A model generated the notes under the pieces. That model had not been told where the DNA came from, did no database searches, and worked only from the letters and a program-made list of their open reading frames with translations. A DNA stretch of 32,000 bases, from contig NC_006576.1 in the NCBI RefSeq assembly GCF_000010065.1, positions 2,348,051 to 2,380,050 of the forward strand, in the 5' to 3' direction. The stretch's first letter is position 1; the number at the start of each line of letters is the position of its first letter. A program made the position numbers and the translations under genes. Below, piece by piece: positions 16,181 to 25,157 of this stretch. Source of the stretch: Synechococcus elongatus PCC 6301. GTDB taxonomy: Bacteria; Cyanobacteriota; Cyanobacteriia; Synechococcales; Synechococcaceae.

Positions 16181-16411
16181 AGGACATTCCTCAGTTGCAA
16201 CCGAACGCGAGTAAACCGCTTAAACCAGCCCCTAGCTTGCAATTTCCATCGCTGTTTGGCAATTGTGAATTGAAATCTGCCCAAGCGCGACTGCATTCGT
16301 CGGGATCAGCGCGATCGCAACCAGCGCACTGCAGCGGACGAAAACCGTGCCCTTCGGCACTCCAGAGGGAGAAGGATCAGCGACCATAGAGGGGCTGTTG
16401 TTATCGGACCT

Positions 16412-17350
16412 GTGCCGGTGCTCTCAGAAACCCGTCAACCGTCTGCCTTAGCGACTGTCTTAGCTCAATTACAGACGGTGCTGCTGGGCAAGGAACGACA
16501 AATTCAGTTAGCTGTCGCCTGCTTGTTGGCAAGGGGGCATCTGCTGATTGAGGATTTGCCGGGTATGGGCAAAACGCTGTTGTCTCAAAGCCTAGCCAAT
16601 AGTTTGGGCCTCAGCTATCGGCGGGTGCAATTCACCAGCGATTTATTGCCCGCTGACTTGCTCGGTGTCTCGATTTTTGAGCAGCAAGAACAACGCTTTC
16701 GCTTCCATCCGGGACCGATTTTTAGCCAGGTGTTGCTGGCGGATGAAATCAATCGGGCTAGTCCCAAAACCCAGAGTGCGCTCCTGGAGGCGATGGCCGA
16801 ACGGCAGGTCAGCCATGAGGGGGAAACCTACCCGCTGCCGCTGCCCTTTTTTGTGATCGCTACCCAGAATCCGATTGATCAAGCGGGCACGTTTGCACTG
16901 CCTGAATCGCAACTCGATCGCTTTTTAATGCGACTGGAATTGGGCTTCCCCAATCGTCAAGCGGAGCTAGCGATGTTGCGCGGCAGTGATGGCGATCGCC
17001 CTAGTGCCGCTTTGTCATCCATCCTCAATGCTGAGGCTTTGCAGGAGTTGCAACTAGAAGTTGCGAAAGTCCGCGCCAGCGATCCGTTGCTGGAGTACCT
17101 ATTAGCCTTGGTGCAAGAAAGTCGGCAGCGATCACAGATTCCCAATCCGCTTTCGCCACGGGCGAGTAAAGCGATTCTGGCGGCGGCCAAGGCTTGGGCC
17201 TTTCTATCGGGACGCGATTATGTGTTGCCCGAGGACATCCAGGTGATTTTCCCGGCTGTGGCCGAACATCGACTGCGGGGCAGTGTCACGGGGCAGGGCG
17301 ATCGCCGCTATGCGGAATCCTTGCTGGAAAGCGTGGATCCTGTGCGATGA
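16412..17350 (+). CDS. MoxR-family AAA+ ATPase
   Basis: Walker A LIEDLPGMGKT, Walker B VLLADEINRASPK, and the MoxR-typical QSALLEAMAERQVS and ATQNPIDQAGTFALPESQLDRF. GTG at 16412 is the first start codon in the open frame. Confidence 0.88.
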   Translation: MPVLSETRQPSALATVLAQLQTVLLGKERQIQLAVACLLARGHLLIEDLPGMGKTLLSQSLANSLGLSYRRVQFTSDLLPADLLGVSIFEQQEQRFRFHPGPIFSQVLLADEINRASPKTQSALLEAMAERQVSHEGETYPLPLPFFVIATQNPIDQAGTFALPESQLDRFLMRLELGFPNRQAELAMLRGSDGDRPSAALSSILNAEALQELQLEVAKVRASDPLLEYLLALVQESRQRSQIPNPLSPRASKAILAAAKAWAFLSGRDYVLPEDIQVIFPAVAEHRLRGSVTGQGDRRYAESLLESVDPVR

Positions 17351-18339
17351 ACTTGCGGCGATACCTGATGCATTGGGGGCGATCGCGTTTTGAAGCGTGG
17401 TTGGCGCGACAGTTGCCGCCGCGATCGCCAATTCGCTTGAATCGCGAGCGAATCTTTATCTTTCCCAGTCAGTTTGGGGCAGTTTTTCTAGCATTGGATA
17501 TCGCCTTTTATCTAATTGGCACCAACTACCAAAACAATTTGGTTTTGTTGCTGAGCTTTTTGCTGCTGAGTTTATTTTTGGGCTGCATTTTCCAGAGCTT
17601 TCGTAATCTCGATGGCCTCGAACTGGAAGCCTTGCCCGCCCCGGATGGACAAGTTGGTGAGCCTCTACGTCTGTCGGTACGTCTCAAGACTGAAACGCCG
17701 CGCTATGCCCTACGGCTGCATCTACCCAAGAGCGATCGCCCGCGCATTGCCGAACTACGATCGCCCAGTGAGACTGTCAGTCTGACGGTGATTCCCCTGC
17801 AGCGTGGCTGGTATCGTCCGGGACGGCTGCAAGTGCGCAGCGACTATCCCTTGGGGCTATTTCGGACTTGGACGGTCTTGGATCTGGGCTGGCAAGCACT
17901 GATTATTCCGCAGCCGGAACGCTGGCCGCTCCAAACTGCCGCGATCGCTGCCACGGCTGCCACCGCTGATCAGCCGATCTCTAGCTCGCAACCTCACCCA
18001 GCCACCAGTGAAGACTTTGTTGGTCTGCAACCCTATCAGCCTGGAGAATCGCTGCGGCGGGTGGCTTGGAAACAACTGGCGCAGGGACGAGGTCTACATA
18101 GCAAAGCCTTTGCGGGTGAAAGTGCGCAGCAAAGCTGGCTGAGCCTGCAACAGACGCCAGGACAGGATCTGGAGCAACGGTTACGGCGTTTGACTTGGGC
18201 TGTGCAGGAACTCAGTCGCCGGGGCGAAGCTTTTGGGCTTTCACTCGGGGCTCAACGTTGGGAAGCCGAGACTGGCAGCCAGCATCAGCGCACCTGTCTG
18301 CAAGCGATCGCCCTCTACGGGTTGGAGCGCTCCGTATGA
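17347..18339 (+). CDS. DUF58 family protein (MoxR-associated), with two N-terminal TM helices
   Basis: The DUF58 hallmark is EDFVGLQPYQPGESLRRVAWKQLAQ. Its ATG at 17347 overlaps the MoxR stop as ATGA. The upstream part of the track ORF (17194-17346) overlaps moxR out of frame and is rejected. Confidence 0.8.
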   Translation: MNLRRYLMHWGRSRFEAWLARQLPPRSPIRLNRERIFIFPSQFGAVFLALDIAFYLIGTNYQNNLVLLLSFLLLSLFLGCIFQSFRNLDGLELEALPAPDGQVGEPLRLSVRLKTETPRYALRLHLPKSDRPRIAELRSPSETVSLTVIPLQRGWYRPGRLQVRSDYPLGLFRTWTVLDLGWQALIIPQPERWPLQTAAIAATAATADQPISSSQPHPATSEDFVGLQPYQPGESLRRVAWKQLAQGRGLHSKAFAGESAQQSWLSLQQTPGQDLEQRLRRLTWAVQELSRRGEAFGLSLGAQRWEAETGSQHQRTCLQAIALYGLERSV

Positions 18340-20339
18340 CGGCTGCTGTCTGGTGCCCGCCACGGTTGGGGTTATGCCTGCTGAGCGGCGGCTATCTGAT
18401 TGCCCTACTGCTGCAGCTAGGCGATCTGCCGCCCGTAGCTGCTTTTGTCGCGATCACCCTGTTGATTTGGGGACTCATTCGCCAGTGGCAACAGCGATCG
18501 CTCTTACCCCAAACGCTGCGCCATGGTCTGACCGCGATCGCCCTGATCTTGGCGCTGTTGGTGGGCCTTCCTCAGGGGTTGCTCAGTGTCTTCCTCGGGC
18601 TGTTGACTCTTGCTTTTGCTCTCAAGTTGTTGGAACTCAAGGAAGAGCGAGACTACCAAGCACTGGTGTTAATTGCCTACAGTTTGGTGGCTCTGGGTTT
18701 TCTGCTCCGCCAAAGTTTGCTGGAAACGCTGGTCTTGCTAATGGCAATCGCTTTGGCGACCTTGGGATTGGCAGCCCTCTATCGGCCGCTTAGTCGCCCA
18801 CGCCAGCCCTTTGCAGCTTTGTTGCGACTCCTGGGGCCTGCGATCCCGCTGTTACTTGTGCTGTTTTTGATTGCCCCACGCTTGCCGCCCCTCTGGGGAG
18901 TACCGGTCGGTCAACGGGCCGTGACCGGTTTGAGCGATCGGGTGTCGCCCGGAGAAATTGCTGACCTCAGCCGCTCCTCGGCCTTGGCCTTTCGCTTCAG
19001 CTTCCCCGAGGCATCCCTCCCCAGCGATCGCTTTTACTGGCGGGCAATGGTCCATGAACTGACGGACGGACGGAGCTGGCAGCCGCTGCCCTACCGTGAT
19101 CGCTTCGATCCGGGTGAAGTCGCCCCAGAACTGACTGGGGAAGGCGCGATTCCCTACACCGTCATTGCCGAGCCGAGTCAGCGCACCTGGCGCTATGCCC
19201 TTGAACTCAGTCGGCCAACGAGCGAAGGCATTGTCCTCGATTCGCGCTTCGAGTTTCGAACCAAGATTCCGCTCAGCCAGCAGAGCCGCTATCAAGGCGT
19301 GACTTTTGAGCGCTATCAGGCGGACTTGACGCTTTCAGCGCGCGATCGCCAGCTCAATTTGCAGCTGCCACCAGGGAGTAATCCCCAAACCCGCGCTTGG
19401 GCGCAACGGCTTCGCGATCGCTTCTCGAATGATGATGCCGCGATTGTGCAGGCCAGCTTGCAGGAGCTCCAACAGCAGGAATTTCGCTATACTCTGCAGC
19501 CGCCGCTGCTCACAGCTAACAACAGCATTGATGACTTTCTGTTCCGCAGTCGGGCGGGCTTTTGCGAACATTACGCCAGCAGTTTTGCCTTTTTGATGCG
19601 AGCGGCTGGTCTTCCGGCGCGGGTCGTGACGGGCTATCTCGGGGGGGAGTGGAATCCGCAGGCCAGTTACTACAGCGTCTTGCAGGCCAATGCCCACGCC
19701 TGGACAGAGGTTTGGCTAGAGGGTCAAGGCTGGACTCGGATTGATCCAACTGCAGCGATCGCCCCACTGAGACTCAGTGAAGGGCTGGAAGCTGCGTTAA
19801 CACCGGAAGACCGTGCCCAAGCCGCTGGTGGCCTCCTTGGTGCGGCAGTGCTGCGCCGTCTGCCACTGCTGGATCAGGCTTGGCAACTCTGGGCTTCAAT
19901 CGACTACCGCTGGACCTCTTGGGTACTGAGTTACGACAACCAGCGTCAGCAGGAGATTTTGGCTGCGTTGCTGGCACAGGTAGGACAGGTTGGGCTGTCT
20001 CTCTTGCTCGTCGCAACTTTACTGATCGCCGCTGGGTTGATGTGGTGGCTGTCCCGGTGGTTGGATCAGCGATCATCCGAGGATCCTAGTCTGCGCATCT
20101 ATCAACAGGCCTGCCGCACGATCGCCAAAGCCGGTTGGCCGCGCTACCCCCAAGAAGGACCGGCGGCCTATGCTGAGCGGCTGCAACAGCTTCAGCAACC
20201 CTGGACCGCGGTCTTCAGTCAGCTCACCCAGCAGTATTTGGCTCAGCGTTATGCCCAACAATCGTTGCCTGCCCAGTCCCTGCAGCGATCGCTCCAAGCG
20301 CTCCGGCGGAGTTTGCGGGTGAAGACTCGTTCCTCCTAG
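18336..20339 (+). CDS. Transglutaminase-like membrane protein (polytopic N-terminal domain + transglutaminase core + C-terminal TM/DUF4129-like region)
   Basis: The Cys-His-Asp core is GFCEHYASSFAFLMRAAGLPARVVTGY ... NAHAWTEVWLEGQGWTRIDPT. There are about 6 N-terminal TM helices. Its ATG at 18336 overlaps the DUF58 stop as ATGA. Confidence 0.8.
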   Translation: MTAAVWCPPRLGLCLLSGGYLIALLLQLGDLPPVAAFVAITLLIWGLIRQWQQRSLLPQTLRHGLTAIALILALLVGLPQGLLSVFLGLLTLAFALKLLELKEERDYQALVLIAYSLVALGFLLRQSLLETLVLLMAIALATLGLAALYRPLSRPRQPFAALLRLLGPAIPLLLVLFLIAPRLPPLWGVPVGQRAVTGLSDRVSPGEIADLSRSSALAFRFSFPEASLPSDRFYWRAMVHELTDGRSWQPLPYRDRFDPGEVAPELTGEGAIPYTVIAEPSQRTWRYALELSRPTSEGIVLDSRFEFRTKIPLSQQSRYQGVTFERYQADLTLSARDRQLNLQLPPGSNPQTRAWAQRLRDRFSNDDAAIVQASLQELQQQEFRYTLQPPLLTANNSIDDFLFRSRAGFCEHYASSFAFLMRAAGLPARVVTGYLGGEWNPQASYYSVLQANAHAWTEVWLEGQGWTRIDPTAAIAPLRLSEGLEAALTPEDRAQAAGGLLGAAVLRRLPLLDQAWQLWASIDYRWTSWVLSYDNQRQQEILAALLAQVGQVGLSLLLVATLLIAAGLMWWLSRWLDQRSSEDPSLRIYQQACRTIAKAGWPRYPQEGPAAYAERLQQLQQPWTAVFSQLTQQYLAQRYAQQSLPAQSLQRSLQALRRSLRVKTRSS

Positions 20340-20388
20340 CGGACTTGTAATTACTGGCAGATGGCGTTGCCGCGATCGCGCCTCTAAA

Positions 20389-20796
20389 ATGACTGCGTCC
20401 CAAGTGGAGACTCTGATGCTGAGCCAGCGTGAAAAAGATACCCTCATTGCCCAATCTGCAGGATGGTTGAGCGTCGTCCTCAACTTGGGTTGCAATGGCA
20501 CCGGCTACATCTACCAACGACGCTGGCGAGCTTTCTGGATCGGGGGATTACTCGCTTTTGGCTGTGCCTTCATTGGAGGCGCTGGCGGTGCGGTGTTAGG
20601 AACCGCGATCGCCCGTAGTGAAAATTTGACCGATGAGGAGTCGATTGGAGCTGCAGCCACCCTCGGGCTCGTGGGTGTGTATCTAGGCTTTGGCGGCGTT
20701 GGAATTGGGTCTGCTGTTGAAGCGGGTTTGCGAGTCTCGCGGGTGCGGCAACAGCTGGAGGCTGCTGAAAAAGCTGAGAGTGAGGGATTGGCCTAG
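20389..20796 (+). CDS. Hypothetical small membrane protein (Gly-rich TM helices)
   Basis: 135-aa ORF with an ATG start, 49 nt after the transglutaminase gene on the same strand. It has 2-3 predicted TM segments (WLSVVLNLG..., FWIGGLLAFGCAFIGGAGGAVLG, LGLVGVYLGFGGVGIGSAV). No family was recognised. Confidence 0.5.
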   Translation: MTASQVETLMLSQREKDTLIAQSAGWLSVVLNLGCNGTGYIYQRRWRAFWIGGLLAFGCAFIGGAGGAVLGTAIARSENLTDEESIGAAATLGLVGVYLGFGGVGIGSAVEAGLRVSRVRQQLEAAEKAESEGLA

Positions 20797-20897
20797 AACG
20801 CTCAGGGCGATCGCCTCAGAAAGCAGACTGACAGGGGCGGGCCGAAAGTTGATTCGGGCTGAAATGTCAGAATGAGGGCGTCGATCGCCTCAGCCCT

Positions 20898-22298
20898 GTG
20901 ACCCTCGATTTTGATACTGCCCGTCAGCAGCTAGACGACCTCATTCACCGTTATCGCGATCGCGCTGATTTTCTGGCGATTCGCCTCGAAGAATCCCAGG
21001 CAACGGACATTGCCCTGCGGGGCGATCGCTTTGAAACCCTCAGTGAAAGTTTGGCGGTGGGTGGTCAGGTTCGGGCTTGCTGGAAAGGCGGTTGGGGCTT
21101 CGCCAGTTTCAATCGCCTCAGTCAATTGGAAGAACGACTGCAAGAGGCGATCGCGGCGGCTCGCTTGATCGGCACGGAAACCACGGAACTCGCACCGGTT
21201 GATCCGGTACGGGCAATTTGGACGGCACCGCTCACAGGGCGATCGCCGGACCAAGTGGCGCTGGCAGAGAAGAAGGCGCTCTGCCAGCACTACACCGAGA
21301 TTTTGCGCAGTGGCGATCGCCGCATTGCCAGTACGAGTGTGCGTTACGGCGACAGTCACCAGCGGTTGCTGTTGGCAACCTCGGAAGGCACCTTGCTAGA
21401 ACAGTCTTGGTCAGACTGGGAAATGCGCTTTGCCGCGACAGCTCGCGAGGGCGATCGCGTTCAGACAGGGCGTGAGACGACTGGCTCGCGGCGCGGCTGG
21501 GAAGATCTGCTGGGTCTGGATGGGGCTGTGCAGGGGGCTCGCGATCGGGCGCTGCAATCGCTTTCGCTGCCGGTTGTGGAAGCGGGGACTTATACGGTCG
21601 TTATTGATCCGATCCTGACGGGGCTGTTTGTCCACGAAGCTTTTGGCCATCTGTCGGAAGCGGATATGGCCTACGAAAATCCTGAGCTGCTGGAAGTGAT
21701 GAGCTTAGGCCGTCGCTTTGGCCCAGAGACCCTACAAATTTTTGATGGTGCCGCCCCTGAGGGACATCGCGGCAGCTATGCCTATGACGATGAAGGTGTT
21801 CCCGCTAGCACGACGGCTTTAATTACGGATGGTGTCCTCACAGGGCGCCTGCATTCTCGGGAAACGGCTGGAAAACTCGGGGAAGCGCCCACCGGCAATG
21901 CCCGCTGCTTGGATTTTCACTATCCGCCGATCGTGCGGATGACCAATACTTGGATTGCGCCGGGAACAACGCCGGCAGCCGATCTGATCCAAGGCATTGA
22001 GCAGGGTGTCTTCGCCCGCAATTGGCTGGGTGGCATGACCAATGGTGAGATGTTCACCTTCTCGGCGGGCGAGGCTTGGATGATTCGTAATGGTGAGCTG
22101 GCGGAGCCGGTGCGTGATGTCACGCTCTCAGGCAATGTGTTCTCGACCCTAGCGGCGATCGAAGCGATCGGTGATGACTTTGTCTGGGATGAGTCGGGCG
22201 GCTGTGGCAAGGGTGGCCAGAGTGGTTTGCCCGTTGGCTGCGGTGGTCCGAGCCTGCGAATTCGGGATGTCGTCGTCGGTGGCGAAGCGAGTGATTAA
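20898..22298 (+). CDS. tldD: TldD-type metalloprotease (TldD/PmbA family)
   Basis: A family-wide match includes the TldD-specific HExxxH site (VHEAFGHLSEAD) and the C-terminal GGCGKGGQ...VG motif. GTG start at 20898. Confidence 0.82.
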   Translation: MTLDFDTARQQLDDLIHRYRDRADFLAIRLEESQATDIALRGDRFETLSESLAVGGQVRACWKGGWGFASFNRLSQLEERLQEAIAAARLIGTETTELAPVDPVRAIWTAPLTGRSPDQVALAEKKALCQHYTEILRSGDRRIASTSVRYGDSHQRLLLATSEGTLLEQSWSDWEMRFAATAREGDRVQTGRETTGSRRGWEDLLGLDGAVQGARDRALQSLSLPVVEAGTYTVVIDPILTGLFVHEAFGHLSEADMAYENPELLEVMSLGRRFGPETLQIFDGAAPEGHRGSYAYDDEGVPASTTALITDGVLTGRLHSRETAGKLGEAPTGNARCLDFHYPPIVRMTNTWIAPGTTPAADLIQGIEQGVFARNWLGGMTNGEMFTFSAGEAWMIRNGELAEPVRDVTLSGNVFSTLAAIEAIGDDFVWDESGGCGKGGQSGLPVGCGGPSLRIRDVVVGGEASD

Positions 22299-22374
22299 AA
22301 AGCGTTCGCGCTAGACGGGACTCTAGGTCAGACGCGAGAATCAGAGATTGCTGTGTTTGTGATCGCTCTCTCCC

Positions 22375-22845
22375 ATGCCGCAGGTTGTGCTCTATCAGCC
22401 CGAAATCCCGCCCAATACCGGCAATATTGCACGCACCTGTGCCGCAACAGACACGCCCCTGCATCTGATCGAGCCCTTGGGGTTTGAACTGAGCGATCGC
22501 TATCTCAAGCGAGCGGGCCTCGACTACTGGCCTTACGTCCAGCTGACGACCCATCCTGATTGGTCCGTATTTCGGCAACAGCAGCAACAGCAGGGCGGCC
22601 GACTGATTGCGTTTACAACCAAAGGGGAATTGAACTATCTCGACTGTGACTTTCAAGCCACTGATTGGTTGCTGTTTGGGCGAGAAACTAGTGGCCTACC
22701 GGAAGATGTTTTGGCCAGCTGTGACCATCGCGTTCGTATCCCCACACCTCAAGCAGGAGTGCGCAGTTTGAATCTGTCGGTGAGTGTAGCGATCGGATTA
22801 TTTGAAGCGCGGCGACAAGTTTACTTTGCGACTAATCCTGCCTAG
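22375..22845 (+). CDS. trmL: tRNA (cytidine/uridine(34)-2'-O)-methyltransferase TrmL (SpoU/TrmH family)
   Basis: VVLYQPEIPPNTGNIARTCAAT...LHLIEPLGF...RAGLDYW and the C-terminal knot region RIP...RSLNLSVSVAIGLFEA. It contains a Q6 insertion (FRQQQQQQGG). Confidence 0.85.
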   Translation: MPQVVLYQPEIPPNTGNIARTCAATDTPLHLIEPLGFELSDRYLKRAGLDYWPYVQLTTHPDWSVFRQQQQQQGGRLIAFTTKGELNYLDCDFQATDWLLFGRETSGLPEDVLASCDHRVRIPTPQAGVRSLNLSVSVAIGLFEARRQVYFATNPA

Positions 22846-22922
22846 TTTGAGACTATTACAGCGGAGTCTTGGCAACGCTCTCAATGAACTGACTGAGATT
22901 GGAGCCATGTTTTAGCCTGAAC

Positions 22923-23603
22923 TTAGGGATAGTCGCGAATCACATAGCCAACGCCTCGCACTGTCTGTAAAATTCGTTGCGGATTTGAGGCTTCTAGCTT
23001 TAATCGCAATGCTCGAATATAGACTTCAATAATATTAGACTCGCCCATGAAGTCATACCCCCAAACTTGCTCAAGAATTTGGTCACGGGTAACGACTTGT
23101 CGAGCATGTCTTAGGAGAAACTCGAGCAGATCAAACTCCTTAGCTGTCAGCTCTAGTCGTTGACTCCCTCGATAAACTTCATGGGTTAGACGATGGAGTG
23201 ATACATCAGCAAACTGCAGGCGATCGGGCTCTTCTGGATTGACCCGACGTAATTGCGCCTTAACTCGTGCCAGCAGCTCCTCGATGCTGAAGGGCTTTGT
23301 GACATAGTCATCAGCCCCTGAGTTTAACCCCGAAACGCGATCGGAAATTTCATCCTTAGCTGTCAATAAAATGATTGGTGTTTGAACACCAGTCGATCGT
23401 AGCCTCAAGCAGATATCAACTCCAGAAAGAGTTGGTAACATCCAGTCCAGAATGAGTAAATCGGGTTGAATACTTCTTGCTAAAGATAGACCGTCTAGAC
23501 CGTTGTTGGCAACTGTTACTTGATAGCCTTCTAAGCTGAGTTCTTGCTCAACAAACAGCAGAAGCTTCGGGTCATCCTCAATGAGCAAAATATGATTGTT
23601 CAT
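22923..23603 (-). CDS. OmpR/PhoB-family response regulator (receiver + winged-helix)
   Basis: The receiver has ILLIEDD...LLILDWMLP...LLTAKD. The winged helix has LTAKEFDLLEFLLRH...VRGVGYVI. Its ATG overlaps the kinase stop as ATGA (23600-23603). Confidence 0.9.
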   Translation of the reverse strand: MNNHILLIEDDPKLLLFVEQELSLEGYQVTVANNGLDGLSLARSIQPDLLILDWMLPTLSGVDICLRLRSTGVQTPIILLTAKDEISDRVSGLNSGADDYVTKPFSIEELLARVKAQLRRVNPEEPDRLQFADVSLHRLTHEVYRGSQRLELTAKEFDLLEFLLRHARQVVTRDQILEQVWGYDFMGESNIIEVYIRALRLKLEASNPQRILQTVRGVGYVIRDYP

Positions 23604-25048
23604 GGCAAGGATTCCCAGTTGGGTAAGATGATGGTGAAAGTACTGCCTTCCCCTAGTTTAGACCGCAGCGTAATTTTGCCCTGCATGCCTTCAATCAAGC
23701 TTTTGGCAATTGCTAATCCTAGCCCAGTTCCATCACGCGATCGTGTCATGGCTTCATCCACTCGGTAAAATCGCTCAAAAATGCGACTTTGGTGAGCAAG
23801 AGGAATTCCTACTCCTTGATCGATTATGTGAATTAAGGTCTGTTGATTAGACTGCTCTAAATTAATGTAGACCACTTGATCTTGATTCGAATATTTGGCT
23901 GCGTTATCTAGCAGATTGATCAAAGCTTGCTCTAAACGATTTTGATCAGCGTAGACAACAATTTCACTCTTAGGGGTTTGCATAATAATTTGACGCCCAG
24001 TGACACGTCGTGTCATCTCAGCAACTTCTGCTATCAAAGTATTTAACACAGTCGGCATTAAGCGGAAATGCAGATTGCCGCTATCAACTCTTGCAAGATC
24101 TAGTAAATCTTGAAGCATTCGAATCGTTCTTTCAGCTTCTGCAGATGCTGTTTCTAGGGCTTGATTTTGATAAGAATTAAGATTGTCACCTCTTCTCAAA
24201 AGACTTTGCAGATATCCTGAAATCACTGTGAGGGGCGTTTTTAACTCATGGGAAACATTACCTACAAACTGTTGTTGTTGCTCCCAACTGATCGATAGAC
24301 GATTCAACATGTCATTGAATGCCTTTGCAAGCCCTAAAATTTCCTCGGGAGCGTGGCGAAGTTCAAGAGGATCAGCTCCGAGATCAATGATTGAAATGTT
24401 ACTAGCAATCTGGCTGATCTCCTTAATTGGAGCCATTGCTCTACGGATTCGACTAGCTATCACAACAATCAAGGTAAAAACCAGTAAAATACTGCCTAGC
24501 TGTAGTTGACTAAACAAAGAATCTAACTGTCTTTGATCTTCTGTAATATCTTGAAGCCAATATACATTTCCAATAGGATTTCCATCAAGACTTAGAGCAG
24601 TCTGAGCGAGAATAAAAGACTGCTGCTGTATCTGAAAAACTTTAGGATCATTCGATGCGGGTAACTTGTTAGCCACTTCAATCAGATCACTTGAGGGAAT
24701 ATTCATCCCTCTCGATCGCGCTAAAAGTTCCCCTCTAGGGCTGCGAACCCAAATGAGGAGCCTCGGTTTAGAAACTTGGGCGATCGACCGTTCAAGCTCT
24801 AGTTGAATGGAATCATTGAGACTACTGATCTTAATTATTTCAGGAAAACTATCAGAAATATAACTCAAATTTTGTTTGTAGCCATTAATCAGAGTTTGTT
24901 CTAATCGCCAAGATGACCACAAGGTGATGCTGCATACACCTAATGCGGAGATTAAGGTCAGCTCAAGAGTCAGCCTAAATTGTAAAGAGTTTGTAGCAAC
25001 TCGACTTCCTCCAAGCTTGTTAAAAATTGATTGAATATGGCGAAACAT
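23600..25048 (-). CDS. Sensor histidine kinase (two TM helices flanking a ~140-aa periplasmic domain, then HAMP, HisKA and HATPase_c)
   Basis: H-box VSHELKTPLT, N-box NLLDNAAKYS, G1 DQGVGIP, G2 GTGLGLAIAKS. The periplasmic sensor domain matches no family I recognise. Confidence 0.88.
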   Translation of the reverse strand: MFRHIQSIFNKLGGSRVATNSLQFRLTLELTLISALGVCSITLWSSWRLEQTLINGYKQNLSYISDSFPEIIKISSLNDSIQLELERSIAQVSKPRLLIWVRSPRGELLARSRGMNIPSSDLIEVANKLPASNDPKVFQIQQQSFILAQTALSLDGNPIGNVYWLQDITEDQRQLDSLFSQLQLGSILLVFTLIVVIASRIRRAMAPIKEISQIASNISIIDLGADPLELRHAPEEILGLAKAFNDMLNRLSISWEQQQQFVGNVSHELKTPLTVISGYLQSLLRRGDNLNSYQNQALETASAEAERTIRMLQDLLDLARVDSGNLHFRLMPTVLNTLIAEVAEMTRRVTGRQIIMQTPKSEIVVYADQNRLEQALINLLDNAAKYSNQDQVVYINLEQSNQQTLIHIIDQGVGIPLAHQSRIFERFYRVDEAMTRSRDGTGLGLAIAKSLIEGMQGKITLRSKLGEGSTFTIILPNWESLP

Positions 25049-25107
25049 TGATTTGGCTAGAATTTCCTTTGATCAAGCTGTTGCTTAAGCTTATAAAACA
25101 TTTCTAA

Positions 25108-25150
25108 AGCGAGCAGTACATGATTTTAGTCAAATGCTGAACTGCTCGCT
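25108..25150 (-). terminator. Hairpin between the YHS-protein gene and the kinase gene (possible partial terminator or processing site)
   Basis: AGCGAGCAGT (25108-25117) and ACTGCTCGCT (25141-25150) form a perfect 10-bp stem with a 23-nt loop. It starts 8 nt after the YHS-gene stop, and on the transcribed strand it is followed by TTTAGAAATGTTTTAT. Confidence 0.4.
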
Positions 25151-25157
25151 AGAACTT

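Noticed and set aside
17194-17346. Upstream extensions of track ORFs (DUF58 from 17194, transglutaminase from 18195, LivM-type from 1322, adaptor from 26146, anchored hypothetical to 5356)
   Set aside because: Most of the extension either overlaps the preceding gene out of frame or begins with a non-ATG codon and adds non-family-like residues. Internal ATG starts give ATGA coupling or proper signal or TM N-termini.
22120-22656. 178-aa - strand ORF bridging the tldD 3' end, the intergenic gap and the trmL 5' end
   Set aside because: It overlaps two well-supported + strand genes and has no motifs.
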